A stretch of DNA of 64,000 nucleotides from Sedimentisphaerales bacterium (GCA_963667715.1 OY763926.1:2138201-2202200), one strand, 5' to 3'. Positions 47,276 to 56,850 are shown, numbered from the stretch's first letter. Notes: generated by a model not told the origin, from the sequence alone. Made by a program: numbers and translations.

Positions 47276-49009
47276 TTGAGTGTAAACAATAGAAGGAAAA
47301 GCATTTTAAAGACGTATGAACCGTCAATGAAATATCTAAAACAAATGAGAAGGGATATAGACGATTTATATCGTCCAGAACCTAAATTGAATAAAGATAC
47401 TGGATTGCTGCATTATACTGTAAGACAATACTCAAAGTTCATGAAGCAATTTACAACGTTTGAGACTTATGGAACTGGTGAACAAAAGAAATGGGTTATA
47501 TCACCAAATCTTAGGAAAGACTTAAGCAAAGAAAACTATGAATATTATCAACTATGCAAAGCGAATAATCGTAAGTATATACCATTACATAACTTTAAAT
47601 TAAGAACATTCATTAGTCCACTAGATAGCTCTATCCCTTCATTAGAAGGACATTTATGTGGTAATCATTCTATTCTTTATAACAATGATGATACGGGCAA
47701 ATTTGCCCTTGTAGTAATAGACATAGATTTCCATATTGATTCCAATATTGATAATGATTCTTTAGATATGACTAATCATATCATAAATAACTTTCACGAT
47801 GGTATTTACTTTGATAAATCAACGAAAAAGAGGGGATATCATCTATATTTGCTTGTTTATAAAGAAGGATATATAGCCCAGGAAATTAATGATATTCTAA
47901 AAAAATATAATAGAATTTTATCTTATTACTATAATGTAATACTTGATTATAATTGTGATTATGATGGCGTAAAAGCCAATTTAAAGCATTATAAAGAAGA
48001 TTGGTCGATTTATTGTGGAAGTTTATGCAAAGCTCCAAGACCTGATCTGGAAGACATAGAACAATGTGGGATATTATTTAATTCAAATAAGGTTCACACC
48101 ATATATGATATCATGATTAATGCATGTAAGGTCAATGATTTGATTGTTGACTATTACTCGCATAATGAAACAAAAATGACAAAGAAAGAGATAGATAGAC
48201 TCTGTAGTGTATTAATTGATGATCCCTCAAAGAATAAAATCAAAAGACTCATTAAGACCCCAAGGAAAAACAGAAGGAAAAATAAGAGAGCTAATAAGAA
48301 AAATAACAATATAAATATAGAAAATAACTCTATTATACAATTTGGTACAAAATTGAGTGATAGGTCATATCAAGATATAGTTGAAGAGTTGAGGTTATAT
48401 CCTTTATCTGATACATTGCAAAAGAGTAAAGACTTTTATTTCCACTACTGTAGGCTTAAAGGCTGCTGTGTAAGTCCTGAAGAAGCTGAAAGGGAATATG
48501 TAGACCAAGGGCTTAACAATACCCTGGGGAGTACTGAGAGTCGTGTGCAGCGTTTTGTGAAAATGAACATGCACGAGTATTTTGATATAAGTAAAATTAA
48601 AAAGAATTATATGCCAGCTATAATTGATAATATCAAACAAATTATGGGTGAGAGTGACCTGAAGTATCACGATGGTAAAAATCGGAGAATAACATATGAT
48701 GATATTGCTTTATATATTCACCATATCCTAGTAATAAAAAAGAATGAGGGAACTTTTGGATATTTGGCATTTCAGCAGGTATATAGTAGATATTTTGGTA
48801 AAAAAATAGCCAGAAACGCCATTGCTCAGATTAAGAAGGTCTTGTCAGATAAAATGATACTTGAATCCAATTTTGATTTAAAAAACATCGGTAAAAAGGG
48901 GGCTGATAATATGATCATTCTTAAAGAGATTATAGAAGACAAGCAAACGTTCTTGCAGGCGTATTATAGAAGAGGGGGAGATTGTAGTAATGAGAGATGT
49001 ATCGGTTAA
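47276..49009 (+). CDS. Putative replication protein, primase-polymerase (AEP)-like
   Basis: 577 aa, starting at TTG 47276 or ATG 47327. GKFALVVIDIDFH (DxD-type metal site) and KKRGYHLYLL (G-x-H-x-Y) resemble AEP prim-pol motifs I and III. There is a basic low-complexity stretch PRKNRRKNKRANKK. The assignment is tentative. Confidence 0.4.
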   Translation: MSVNNRRKSILKTYEPSMKYLKQMRRDIDDLYRPEPKLNKDTGLLHYTVRQYSKFMKQFTTFETYGTGEQKKWVISPNLRKDLSKENYEYYQLCKANNRKYIPLHNFKLRTFISPLDSSIPSLEGHLCGNHSILYNNDDTGKFALVVIDIDFHIDSNIDNDSLDMTNHIINNFHDGIYFDKSTKKRGYHLYLLVYKEGYIAQEINDILKKYNRILSYYYNVILDYNCDYDGVKANLKHYKEDWSIYCGSLCKAPRPDLEDIEQCGILFNSNKVHTIYDIMINACKVNDLIVDYYSHNETKMTKKEIDRLCSVLIDDPSKNKIKRLIKTPRKNRRKNKRANKKNNNINIENNSIIQFGTKLSDRSYQDIVEELRLYPLSDTLQKSKDFYFHYCRLKGCCVSPEEAEREYVDQGLNNTLGSTESRVQRFVKMNMHEYFDISKIKKNYMPAIIDNIKQIMGESDLKYHDGKNRRITYDDIALYIHHILVIKKNEGTFGYLAFQQVYSRYFGKKIARNAIAQIKKVLSDKMILESNFDLKNIGKKGADNMIILKEIIEDKQTFLQAYYRRGGDCSNERCIG

Positions 49010-49313
49010 TGGCAATACTATAGTGATAATCGAGATATTATAGTAAGGCTACTGAGTTACAGTTAAGCAAATAGCAACGATAGTGTTTTTCATCTACGCA
49101 GGAGGCAATCTAGTACGTTTTACATTTCCATAATTTAATATTGAAAAAGCATCTATTCCTTATATTAGTTAGATTGCTACGTATCAACCAACTAGTTATA
49201 AGGATGAGTATTATGAATAATTATGAAATTCATTTTCGGTTTAATGGAAGTTTTTATAAGGAGCTGATTACCTGTCAAAATGGCTTTAAAGCTCGTGATC
49301 TGATAAAAGCTAA

Positions 49314-50678
49314 GGGAGTGTTCATTTAACTGTGTAAATGGTCTCCATTATTATATGGGCAGAAACATATCTGCCCGTATTTTACATATTCATTCTATCG
49401 CCGAACTTAATGGCGAATTGGTTCATTGCTGTGTTCCAGCATCTAATTGGCATTGTCCATTTTTTAGAGATATTTTCAAGAGCCAAGTAAAATATCTTCA
49501 TTATCGAAGCTTCGCTAGGGAATGCTCCTTTGGTTTTAATAACCTTACGTAGAGATCTATTAAGTGATTCTATGGCATTAGTAGTATAAATAGCCTTGCG
49601 GATATCTGCCGGGTAATCAAAAAATGGAATGATATGTTGCCAGTTATTTCGCCAGCTTTTACTGATCATAGGGTATTTGCTATCCCACTTATCAGCAAAG
49701 TCGTCTAGTGCCATCTCTGCTTGTTGCTCGGTAGCTGCGGTATAGATCAGCTTCAGGTCAGCACATAACTCCTTGCGTTCTTTCCAGTTAACAAATCGAG
49801 TGGAGTTACGTATCATATGCACAATACAAAGCTGAACCTGGGTTTGAGGAAAAACTGATTCTATAGCTTCCGGAAAGCCCTTCAAGCCATCAACACATGC
49901 TATGAATATATCTTTTACTCCACGATTCTGAAGTTCGGTAATAACACCCAACCAGAACTTAGCTCCTTCTGTTTTAGCTATCCAGATACCTAAAAGCTCT
50001 TTCATGCCATCCATATTGACACCCAGAGCAAGATATACTGATACATTAGCCACCTTGCCATCCTGACGGCATTTGACCACTATGCAGTCAAGGAACACTA
50101 TAGGATATATGGGATCTAAGGGACGGTTATGCCAGGCTTTAACTTCCTCCATAATACTCTCTGTAGCCTGGCTGATAAGACCTTCTGAGACATCTACCTG
50201 ATACATATCCAACAGACTTGCCTGAATATCACGAACACTCATGCCGCGACCGTACATGGCGATTATTTTATCATTAAATCCTTCAAAGCATCTCTCACCT
50301 TTAGGTATAAGCTTAGGCTCAAAGGTGCTTTTGCGGTCTCGAGGGGGATTTAGCTCTACTTCATCGGAATCGATAACAACAGCCTTTTTGCCTCTGCCAT
50401 TACGGCTGTTACCGCTATTATTGCCTTTGGGGTCGTGTTTACTATAACCCAGATGATCACTCATCTCCGCATCCAATGCTCGCTCAACTATTCGCTTTTT
50501 CAACTCAGCAAATAATCCAGATTCACCCCAGAACTTCTCCGGTGTGCAGTAACCATCTAGTAATTCATCAATTAACGAATCTTTACGCTTCTCGGATTCT
50601 GTGCGTTTAGCCATAAATTTACCTCCATATAAAAGATAACATATTTATGATCATTTACACAGTTAAATGAACACTCCC
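49314..50678 (-). mobile_element. IS256-family insertion sequence (1365 bp), apparently intact
   Basis: Perfect 27-bp terminal inverted repeats: gggagtgttcatttaactgtgtaaatg at 49314-49340 and its reverse complement at 50652-50678. An 8-bp target-site duplication aaagctaa lies at 49306-49313 and 50679-50686. The element has a single transposase ORF. Confidence 0.92.
49382..50614 (-). CDS. IS256-family (Mutator-type) transposase
   Basis: 410 aa. Hallmark segments: ERALDAEMSDHLGY, IFIACVDGLKGFPEAI and YTTNAIESLNRSLRKV. Confidence 0.95.
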   Translation of the reverse strand: MAKRTESEKRKDSLIDELLDGYCTPEKFWGESGLFAELKKRIVERALDAEMSDHLGYSKHDPKGNNSGNSRNGRGKKAVVIDSDEVELNPPRDRKSTFEPKLIPKGERCFEGFNDKIIAMYGRGMSVRDIQASLLDMYQVDVSEGLISQATESIMEEVKAWHNRPLDPIYPIVFLDCIVVKCRQDGKVANVSVYLALGVNMDGMKELLGIWIAKTEGAKFWLGVITELQNRGVKDIFIACVDGLKGFPEAIESVFPQTQVQLCIVHMIRNSTRFVNWKERKELCADLKLIYTAATEQQAEMALDDFADKWDSKYPMISKSWRNNWQHIIPFFDYPADIRKAIYTTNAIESLNRSLRKVIKTKGAFPSEASIMKIFYLALENISKKWTMPIRCWNTAMNQFAIKFGDRMNM

Positions 50679-50750
50679 AAAGCTAAGTATCCTGGTGCGC
50701 AGATTACTTCTGTTTCTCATATTAAATAAAATCAAAAACTAATCTGAATT

Positions 50751-50796
50751 AGACCATTGAGCTGAACTGGGATACGCTTAATGGTCTTATTTTTTA
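50751..50796 (+). terminator. Possible terminator of the IS-disrupted small ORF
   Basis: agaccatt (50751-50758) pairs with aatggtct (50780-50787), followed by tatttttt. The loop is long, so this call is weak. Confidence 0.35.
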
Positions 50797-51064
50797 ATAA
50801 ATCTTTTGTCCCAATGAAAGGAGTGGTAGAGAACGTAATTTGTTATACCTGGAGTAATTTTATAGTTCCGGTAGCGTAGATAATTAGGTAAACAGTTTTG
50901 AACATATCAATGAGCTATTATGGAAATTCTGCAATAATGACCAAGATCGCCGTCAGGTATATGATACATCTGGTAAGTTATATCTGTTGACCACACCTGG
51001 TTAGATTTATCTTTTTCGCTAAATGATTGACTTTTACCGCTGATAATCTTTCGATTTGATGAAA

Positions 51065-51086
51065 GTCGAAACCTTTGTCGAAACCT
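51065..51086 (+). repeat. Tandem GTCGAAACCT x2 with 12-bp phasing (candidate arm-type sites, right end)
   Basis: gtcgaaacct occurs at 51065-51074 and 51077-51086. Related tttcga/tcgaaa elements lie immediately around it. The same core occurs in the left-end repeats. Confidence 0.5.
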
Positions 51087-51156
51087 ATTGATTTCGATGG
51101 ATATGTGACTAAAACATCTATTATAGCCCAATTACCTATAGAAAAAGGACTTATGC

Positions 51157-51206
51157 AATCGGGCTGACAGGATTCGAACCTGCGACCTTTTGACCCCCAG
51201 TCAAAC
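51157..51206 (-). repeat. att-type direct repeat within the intact tRNA-Pro
   Basis: Partner of 34471-34520, with 49 of 50 positions identical. Confidence 0.9.
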
Positions 51207-51233
51207 GCGCTAGCCAAGCTGCGCCACAGCCCG
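51159..51233 (-). tRNA. tRNA-Pro (anticodon GGG)
   Basis: Minus-strand sequence: CGGGCTGTGGCGCAGCTTGGCTAGCGCGTTTGACTGGGGGTCAAAAGGTCGCAGGTTCGAATCCTGTCAGCCCGA. It folds as a cloverleaf: acceptor CGGGCTG/CAGCCCG, D stem GCGC/GCGC, anticodon stem TTTGA/TCAAA, loop CU-GGG-GG, T arm GCAGG-TTCGAAT-CCTGT. CCA is not encoded. Confidence 0.9.
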
Positions 51234-51391
51234 ATATCTCAAATATTTCTATATGAGAAGTGCATAATATTAATCATAAATACTATTTCAGTCAAGTGAT
51301 AAATATGGAAGTATAAAGCAAGTAAGTGCAAGATAAGTAATTGCAAATCAGTATGATATGAGCAAGTAGCTGCCGGTATCCTAGTAGTTTC

Positions 51392-51730
51392 TTATACGCC
51401 TATCGCTTCGCTAGGTGGGTTTATTTCCTGTGGTTTGCCGTCGATGGTAATTGTGAAATGGATATCTGCTACCGTCAAAACATCGCCCGGGTGAACTGTT
51501 GTCGGTATTTCGATTTTCTTCTTATTGATAAATGTCCCGTTAGAGCTTTCCAGATCTGAAATTGTAACTTTATCATCAGTCATTGATACTTTGCAGTGAT
51601 GGCGAGAAACAGACGATTTCAATACCCGTATATTGCAGTCTGGCTGACGACCGATGATCGTGTCATTATCCACAATAGGTATATCTTTTCTCTTGCCGTT
51701 TTTCTTAAATAAAACTAACGCTGTGTTCAT
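51392..51730 (-). CDS. FHA-domain protein
   Basis: 112 aa. IIGRQPDCNIRVLKSSVSRHHCKV...ISDLESSNGTFINKKKI is a classic FHA signature (G-R ... S-x-x-H ... N-G). Confidence 0.85.
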   Translation of the reverse strand: MNTALVLFKKNGKRKDIPIVDNDTIIGRQPDCNIRVLKSSVSRHHCKVSMTDDKVTISDLESSNGTFINKKKIEIPTTVHPGDVLTVADIHFTITIDGKPQEINPPSEAIGV

Positions 51731-52162
51731 TAAGAAGCTCCAAAGTAATCCAAATGGTCAAATACCAGACAAATCCGGCACAACCCGCTCTCCTTGAATA
51801 AGGGAACTGACTATTCTCCAATACTTTACACTAAATATATCGGATATTACAAGGCGAATAATTATTTTTTTTCCTCGCAATTCTACCAATAGTAACGATT
51901 TGTAATCCCTTGTCAATAAAGTATTTTGAACTCGTGCCCTAATTTGCCGCCTTTCGTTATGGGACGCTCTTGCTGTTCTCTGCTTGTTAAATTGTGATAT
52001 TTAGCAATAAATATTAGGTTTTAACTGGTTAAGATAGGTAGAGTGCTTGGCGATTTAGAACCCGGCTCTCAAAAAACTTCTGTAACATTGAAAGATATTT
52101 TTTGACTATTTACCTTATTAACACTCAATAAAATGCACACTTATGCTGCGATTATGCTCGTT

Positions 52163-53041
52163 TTAATCTCGTATGATTACGCCCAACTTATCAACAGCCT
52201 GGTTCTGTATCTGACGAATTCGCTCTTTCGATAGGCCCAGAATCGTGCCAATATCCTTCAGTGTCATCTGATTGCCGTTATACTCGCCAACCGAAAACCG
52301 CATTTTCAATACCTGTTTCTCAACTTCCGACAGATTCCCGCGGTTGCCAAGTATATAATATCTCAGCTGCCTGATAGCGTCCAGTATCCGCTGCTGACGC
52401 ATCTGCTGGCAGGTATTATCGATCTCCAGCCCTGGGTCGTAGTTCACAAATGATATCCGGTTTAGCTTGTACTGCTTCTTGGCCAGCCTGGCAAAGCTCT
52501 TGCCGATTGCCCGGCACGCATACGTACTAAAATGAAACCCCAAACGATAATCATAGCATTCTGTCACTCTCAGCAACGCCATCGAACCTTCGCTTACTAG
52601 TTCGCCGTATTCCAAACTCCCGTATTTGCAATTCTGGGCCATATTCAGCACAAGCCCCATATTACACGTAGTTATAAAATCTCGCAATTTTATCTGCTTT
52701 ACATCCCACTTGATTATTGCTACCAAAAGTTTTGGATTTACCTCTTTACTGCTTAATATCTTTTCCCTCAAACAGTTTTCAACATATCGATAATAGTGTA
52801 GCTGTGCAAACATTATCTCATGTTGTTGATGTGTTGGAGGATACCCCGGCTCAATCTCGATCTTATGTTCGTTTAACGACCTTACCCAACCTGAAGCTCT
52901 AAAACAAGTGTCATCTTGATACTTTATCCCATCTTTGAGCACTCGCTTTATCCGCTTGGTCTCAATAGCCTTCAGACCCATCGAGTCGAACAGGCTAGAC
53001 AGTTTTTCTATCTGTTTTTGTATTTTCGCGTCCTGCGTCAT
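52163..53041 (-). CDS. Sigma-70 family RNA polymerase sigma factor (non-ECF, group 3-like)
   Basis: The ORF extends to 53071, and I prefer ATG 53041 (MTQDAKIQ...). Region 2-like: ELVSEGSMALLRVTECYDYRLGFHFSTYACRAI. Region 4.2: TLKDIGTILGLSKERIRQIQNQAVDKLG. Confidence 0.8.
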   Translation of the reverse strand: MTQDAKIQKQIEKLSSLFDSMGLKAIETKRIKRVLKDGIKYQDDTCFRASGWVRSLNEHKIEIEPGYPPTHQQHEIMFAQLHYYRYVENCLREKILSSKEVNPKLLVAIIKWDVKQIKLRDFITTCNMGLVLNMAQNCKYGSLEYGELVSEGSMALLRVTECYDYRLGFHFSTYACRAIGKSFARLAKKQYKLNRISFVNYDPGLEIDNTCQQMRQQRILDAIRQLRYYILGNRGNLSEVEKQVLKMRFSVGEYNGNQMTLKDIGTILGLSKERIRQIQNQAVDKLGVIIRD

Positions 53042-53274
53042 AGTTTGCTCCCAAATAATGGTGATTACCATTTTTCCGCACCTATAATTAGAACCGCATT
53101 CTCTAGCAAATACAATAAGACATAGTGCTGTATTATTTATGGTACTGTTTTACTAAAATCATATAGGGGATTTGCATGATTTTTTCCCGACTTTCCCTCT
53201 GAGTGCATATAATTGCAAAAAAACGATAAATCGCTATAGTAAAGATGCTTATTCTTCGCTATAATAAAAAATTC

Positions 53275-54453
53275 ATGAAAATATTTTTGACCAAATCGTG
53301 TTTGTCTTTTTTAACTGCCGTTCTAACACTGGCAGTCTTTAATATTTCCATTTGTTTTGCCGCCGAGTTCGAGGCGGCTGTCTATTTTTCTGATGGCACT
53401 GTCAAATCTGGCCAGCTCTCCATACCCGCTAATAAACCCCTAAAGCTCAACATGCCCGATTCTGGCGACATATACACTTCTGATATGGTTACCGGCGAGC
53501 CTGTCAGATACGGCCGGGTTAAAAAGATTTACCTGGATTCCATATCTAAAATAGAGTTCTTTCTCCAAAAGCAGGAAATGTTGCGCAAGTGGAAGTTTAT
53601 CAGCCAGACACATTACGACCCAAATACAGCCGAAGCTGACTACACTCCAGCTGAAAAAGAATACTCCGGCGAACCTTATCCGCTTATCTATCTGGCCGCC
53701 TCAATAACTGCCAATAGTGGCGAGCTTTTTGCCGGCCATCTATATTCTACAGCTCTTTACCTGAAAACCGCCGATTCGGTTGAAAAGCTCCCGCTGCTCT
53801 CCAAGGTTAGAGGCAAGCAGGGCCAGTCTCTCGACGATCTGGTATATATCACCTGTATAAAGTTCATCGACCCCGCTAACGTTTTCAGTGAATTCGACAA
53901 TTTCACTCTCAACAATTTTAAGCTCAAAAATAACGATAAATGTTTCGCCGTCACCCAGCGCAGCCTCACTCCCGTGCCGGCAGCTATCGACCTGGCCGCC
54001 AACTCTGTTTCAGTCAGGTCTGCTTTAGGTGAAAATGTCTTTTTAGCTATTGTACGCGATGGCAATTATCTTGTCGGATTCCCTTCCAAGGGTCCACAAG
54101 ACCTTTTTCAGCTTACTCAGGAACACCTCGCCCGCGTCAAAGACTTTTATAATGATCGTTCGCTTATTGCTGTTATGATTTCTGATTCTGGCAATGAGCT
54201 ATACTCACTTGTTAATCTCAGGCGACGCTATGCCGAAACCAATTTCGGTGATATCGGCGGCGAATGGGATAATGCTTCCGGCGGAATAGTAGAACCATGG
54301 CGGCTTAGTATCTGGCGATGGCGATATGACAAACAAAATAACGAACTTGTACTTACCGCAAGGGGTACCTTCAATAGACTAATATTCAAACCCGGTGATA
54401 AAACTCCCAGGGTTAAGATTGAGGAGAATTTATGGATTTCAATAGAGAAATAG
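53275..54453 (+). CDS. Hypothetical secreted protein
   Basis: The ORF starts at 53245. ATG 53275 gives MKIFLTKSCLSFLTAVLTLAVFNISICFA, which looks like a signal peptide. I recognise no family motif. Confidence 0.6.
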   Translation: MKIFLTKSCLSFLTAVLTLAVFNISICFAAEFEAAVYFSDGTVKSGQLSIPANKPLKLNMPDSGDIYTSDMVTGEPVRYGRVKKIYLDSISKIEFFLQKQEMLRKWKFISQTHYDPNTAEADYTPAEKEYSGEPYPLIYLAASITANSGELFAGHLYSTALYLKTADSVEKLPLLSKVRGKQGQSLDDLVYITCIKFIDPANVFSEFDNFTLNNFKLKNNDKCFAVTQRSLTPVPAAIDLAANSVSVRSALGENVFLAIVRDGNYLVGFPSKGPQDLFQLTQEHLARVKDFYNDRSLIAVMISDSGNELYSLVNLRRRYAETNFGDIGGEWDNASGGIVEPWRLSIWRWRYDKQNNELVLTARGTFNRLIFKPGDKTPRVKIEENLWISIEK

Positions 54454-55241
54454 AAGTAGCAAAGGCCGCGGCCAAAGCTGCTGGTGATTATGCACTTATC
54501 AATATTGCTGCCGAGAGTCGTGCCAAACAGTGCGATAACTCTATCGTTACCGACATCGACGTAAATGCCCAGAAGATGATTATTGACGCATTACGTGCCG
54601 AGTTCCCATCTTACGGCATTATCGGCGAAGAGCCGGACGATAACAGCGGTCAGATGCTGCTAAATATTCCGCCTTCGGGCGATCTTGACGCATGGTGGAT
54701 CATCGATCCTATCGACGGCACCAGAAACTTCGCTTTTGGCCTGCCGTATTTCGCTGTTAGTATCGGCCTGTTCATCGACGGCTATCCCGCCGCCGGTGTT
54801 ATCTACTATCCAGACCGCAAAGAAATGTTCTTCTCTGACGGCAAGACCGCCTGTTGTAATGACGCTAGTGGCCTATCTGTTAAGGACGAGCTTATCCACC
54901 ATAATAGCCAGATTTGCGTCTCTGGCCTTCTCCATGAATATTGGACTGCTCAGCAGGTTGAACGCGTATTCAAAAACTGTGTACATATGAATCTTGGTAC
55001 CGCCGCATTACATATGGCCTACATTACCGCTGGCAAATATTCCGCTGGCATCTTTCTTCGTACCAAGCTATGGGATGTCGCCGGCGGTGCCGCCATGCTC
55101 CAGGCAGCAGGGGGCGTACTTAAAGACTTCTCCGGCGATGACATTTTCCCATTCGACTGTGCCAACTATACCGGCAAAGTTGTACAATGCCTACTCGGCA
55201 ACCAGAATATAGTTAATCAAATTGCCGACATGATCAAATAA
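54432..55241 (+). CDS. Inositol monophosphatase family protein (SuhB-like)
   Basis: 269 aa. It carries the IMPase motifs GEEP and WIIDPIDGTRNF, plus the later WDVAGGAAML. It overlaps the upstream gene by 22 nt. Confidence 0.9.
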   Translation: MDFNREIEVAKAAAKAAGDYALINIAAESRAKQCDNSIVTDIDVNAQKMIIDALRAEFPSYGIIGEEPDDNSGQMLLNIPPSGDLDAWWIIDPIDGTRNFAFGLPYFAVSIGLFIDGYPAAGVIYYPDRKEMFFSDGKTACCNDASGLSVKDELIHHNSQICVSGLLHEYWTAQQVERVFKNCVHMNLGTAALHMAYITAGKYSAGIFLRTKLWDVAGGAAMLQAAGGVLKDFSGDDIFPFDCANYTGKVVQCLLGNQNIVNQIADMIK

Positions 55242-55554
55242 GTAGCACAAGCGTCCTCACTTGTGATTCCTGACATTACGTTGTAAAATGTATTGTATAT
55301 CAGGTAGAGAGAGTATCATGAAACCCTGACTTTTTTTGACCAGCACGCCTTGGTTGCAATAGCATATTGGAAATGTAAAATACTATTTCTATAATAATTC
55401 TACGTATTTCTTGCCTAAATCCGCAATGGTGTATTTTTCCTTTTTTTACAAGTCTGTTATGCAATATAATGGTATTTGTAACTGTTAAAACAGCTGCAAA
55501 ATACCCTGCCATGTGACCAGCGTATTGGTCCTGCCAACAAACATACACACCACT

Positions 55555-56850
55555 ATGAATATTAAATTAATAACCAGGCAATACACCATTTTTCTATTTG
55601 GACTTTTCGTAACCGCATTTGGTGTTGCCTTTATCACCAAAGCTCTTCTGGGCACATCTCCTATTTCATCAATTCCATATAGTCTCTCGCTTATATACCC
55701 AAAACTATCTATGGGGAACTGGACTATTGTCTTTAGCATACTGCTAATTATCTTTCAAATTGTTCTACAAGGTAAAAGCTCTAACAAGCTCGAACTATTC
55801 CTTCAGCTTATTATTACCTTTGCTTTTGGCTATTTGATCGATTTATCTATGTATTGCCTGCGTGCTTTTAACCCGGACATATATGTCATTCAGTTGATAT
55901 CTTTGGTATCTGGTTGTGCAATTATTGCTCTTGGCGCATATATGCAGGTAATTGCAGATGTTGTTATGCTTCCCGGTGACGCTTTAGTAAGAGCATTGAG
56001 TAAGCTCTTAAAAAGAGAATATGGAGAGATAAGGGTTATCTCAGATGTTACTATGTCTGTTATTGCCGGTATACTTTGCCTGGCCTTTCTGCACAAGCTA
56101 TCTGGCGTACGTGAAGGGACGATTATTGCCGCTTTTATTACTGGCATTATAGTAAAAGTATATATCAATAAACTTAAGCCGCTGACAAACTGGCTTCTCC
56201 CTGAAAAAACGGTACAGACCCAGCCTTCAACTCCAATATCAGAAGATAACTTTGTACTTACAATATCACGCGAGTATGGCAGTGGCGGTCTGATGATCGG
56301 CAAACTTGTTGCAAAGATATTAAGAATACCATATTACGATTACGAGCTCATTCGCCTTGCCGCTCAGCAAAGCGGTTATGCCGAAGAGTTTATCCGCGAA
56401 CATGAACAAATGATTGACAGACCATTCCTGCATGAACTATATGCTCGCTATACCTCAGCTGTAAATGAGGATGATAATCCTGTTATTGAGCAGATATATC
56501 ACATCGAAGAGCAGGTAATTAAAGAACTTGCAGCTCGCCATTCATGCGTCATAGTAGGGCGGTTGGCAAATTATATCTTACGCGATCATAAAAATGGTCT
56601 GCACGTCTTTGTTAATGCTGATATAATGACTAAGATAAAGGCTATCTGCAAAAAAGATAATCTCCCCCCTGAATTCGCTCAAAGAAAGATCGCTAGAATT
56701 GACATAGAGCGAGCTAATCATTGTCGCTATTTCACTCATCGTCAGTGGGGTAGATCAAACTACTACGACCTGGTCTTAAACTCCTCCAGGTACGGCATAA
56801 AAGGCTCTGCCCGAATCATTGTTCAAGCTGTAAAACAAGCCTTGAAGTAG
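55555..56850 (+). CDS. Fusion of a YczE/YitT-like membrane domain with a cytidylate-kinase-like (P-loop) domain
   Basis: The ORF starts at 55513, and I prefer ATG 55555 (MNIKLITRQYTIFLFGLFVTAFGVAFI). The N-terminal part has about 6 TM segments. The C-terminal half starts LTISREYGSGGLMIGKLVAKILRIPYYDYELI, typical of the cytidylate kinase-like family. Confidence 0.7.
   Translation: MNIKLITRQYTIFLFGLFVTAFGVAFITKALLGTSPISSIPYSLSLIYPKLSMGNWTIVFSILLIIFQIVLQGKSSNKLELFLQLIITFAFGYLIDLSMYCLRAFNPDIYVIQLISLVSGCAIIALGAYMQVIADVVMLPGDALVRALSKLLKREYGEIRVISDVTMSVIAGILCLAFLHKLSGVREGTIIAAFITGIIVKVYINKLKPLTNWLLPEKTVQTQPSTPISEDNFVLTISREYGSGGLMIGKLVAKILRIPYYDYELIRLAAQQSGYAEEFIREHEQMIDRPFLHELYARYTSAVNEDDNPVIEQIYHIEEQVIKELAARHSCVIVGRLANYILRDHKNGLHVFVNADIMTKIKAICKKDNLPPEFAQRKIARIDIERANHCRYFTHRQWGRSNYYDLVLNSSRYGIKGSARIIVQAVKQALK

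Larger units (their letters stand above)
49213..50729 (+). pseudogene. Small ORF split by the IS256-family insertion
   Basis: Removing 49314-50686 (the IS plus one TSD copy) restores MNNYEIHFRFNGSFYKELITCQNGFKARDLIKAKYPGAQITSVSHIK*. An AAGGA lies 8 nt before ATG 49213, and a hairpin with a T-run lies at 50751-50796. Confidence 0.35.
34471..51206. mobile_element. tRNA-Pro-targeted integrative genomic island (repeat-to-repeat offset 16686 bp)
   Basis: The island is flanked by the 50-bp direct repeats and has a tyrosine integrase immediately inside the left repeat. It is visibly more AT-rich than the flanks. Cargo: recombinase, helicase/MTase/ATPase operon, primase-like gene and an IS. Confidence 0.85.
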
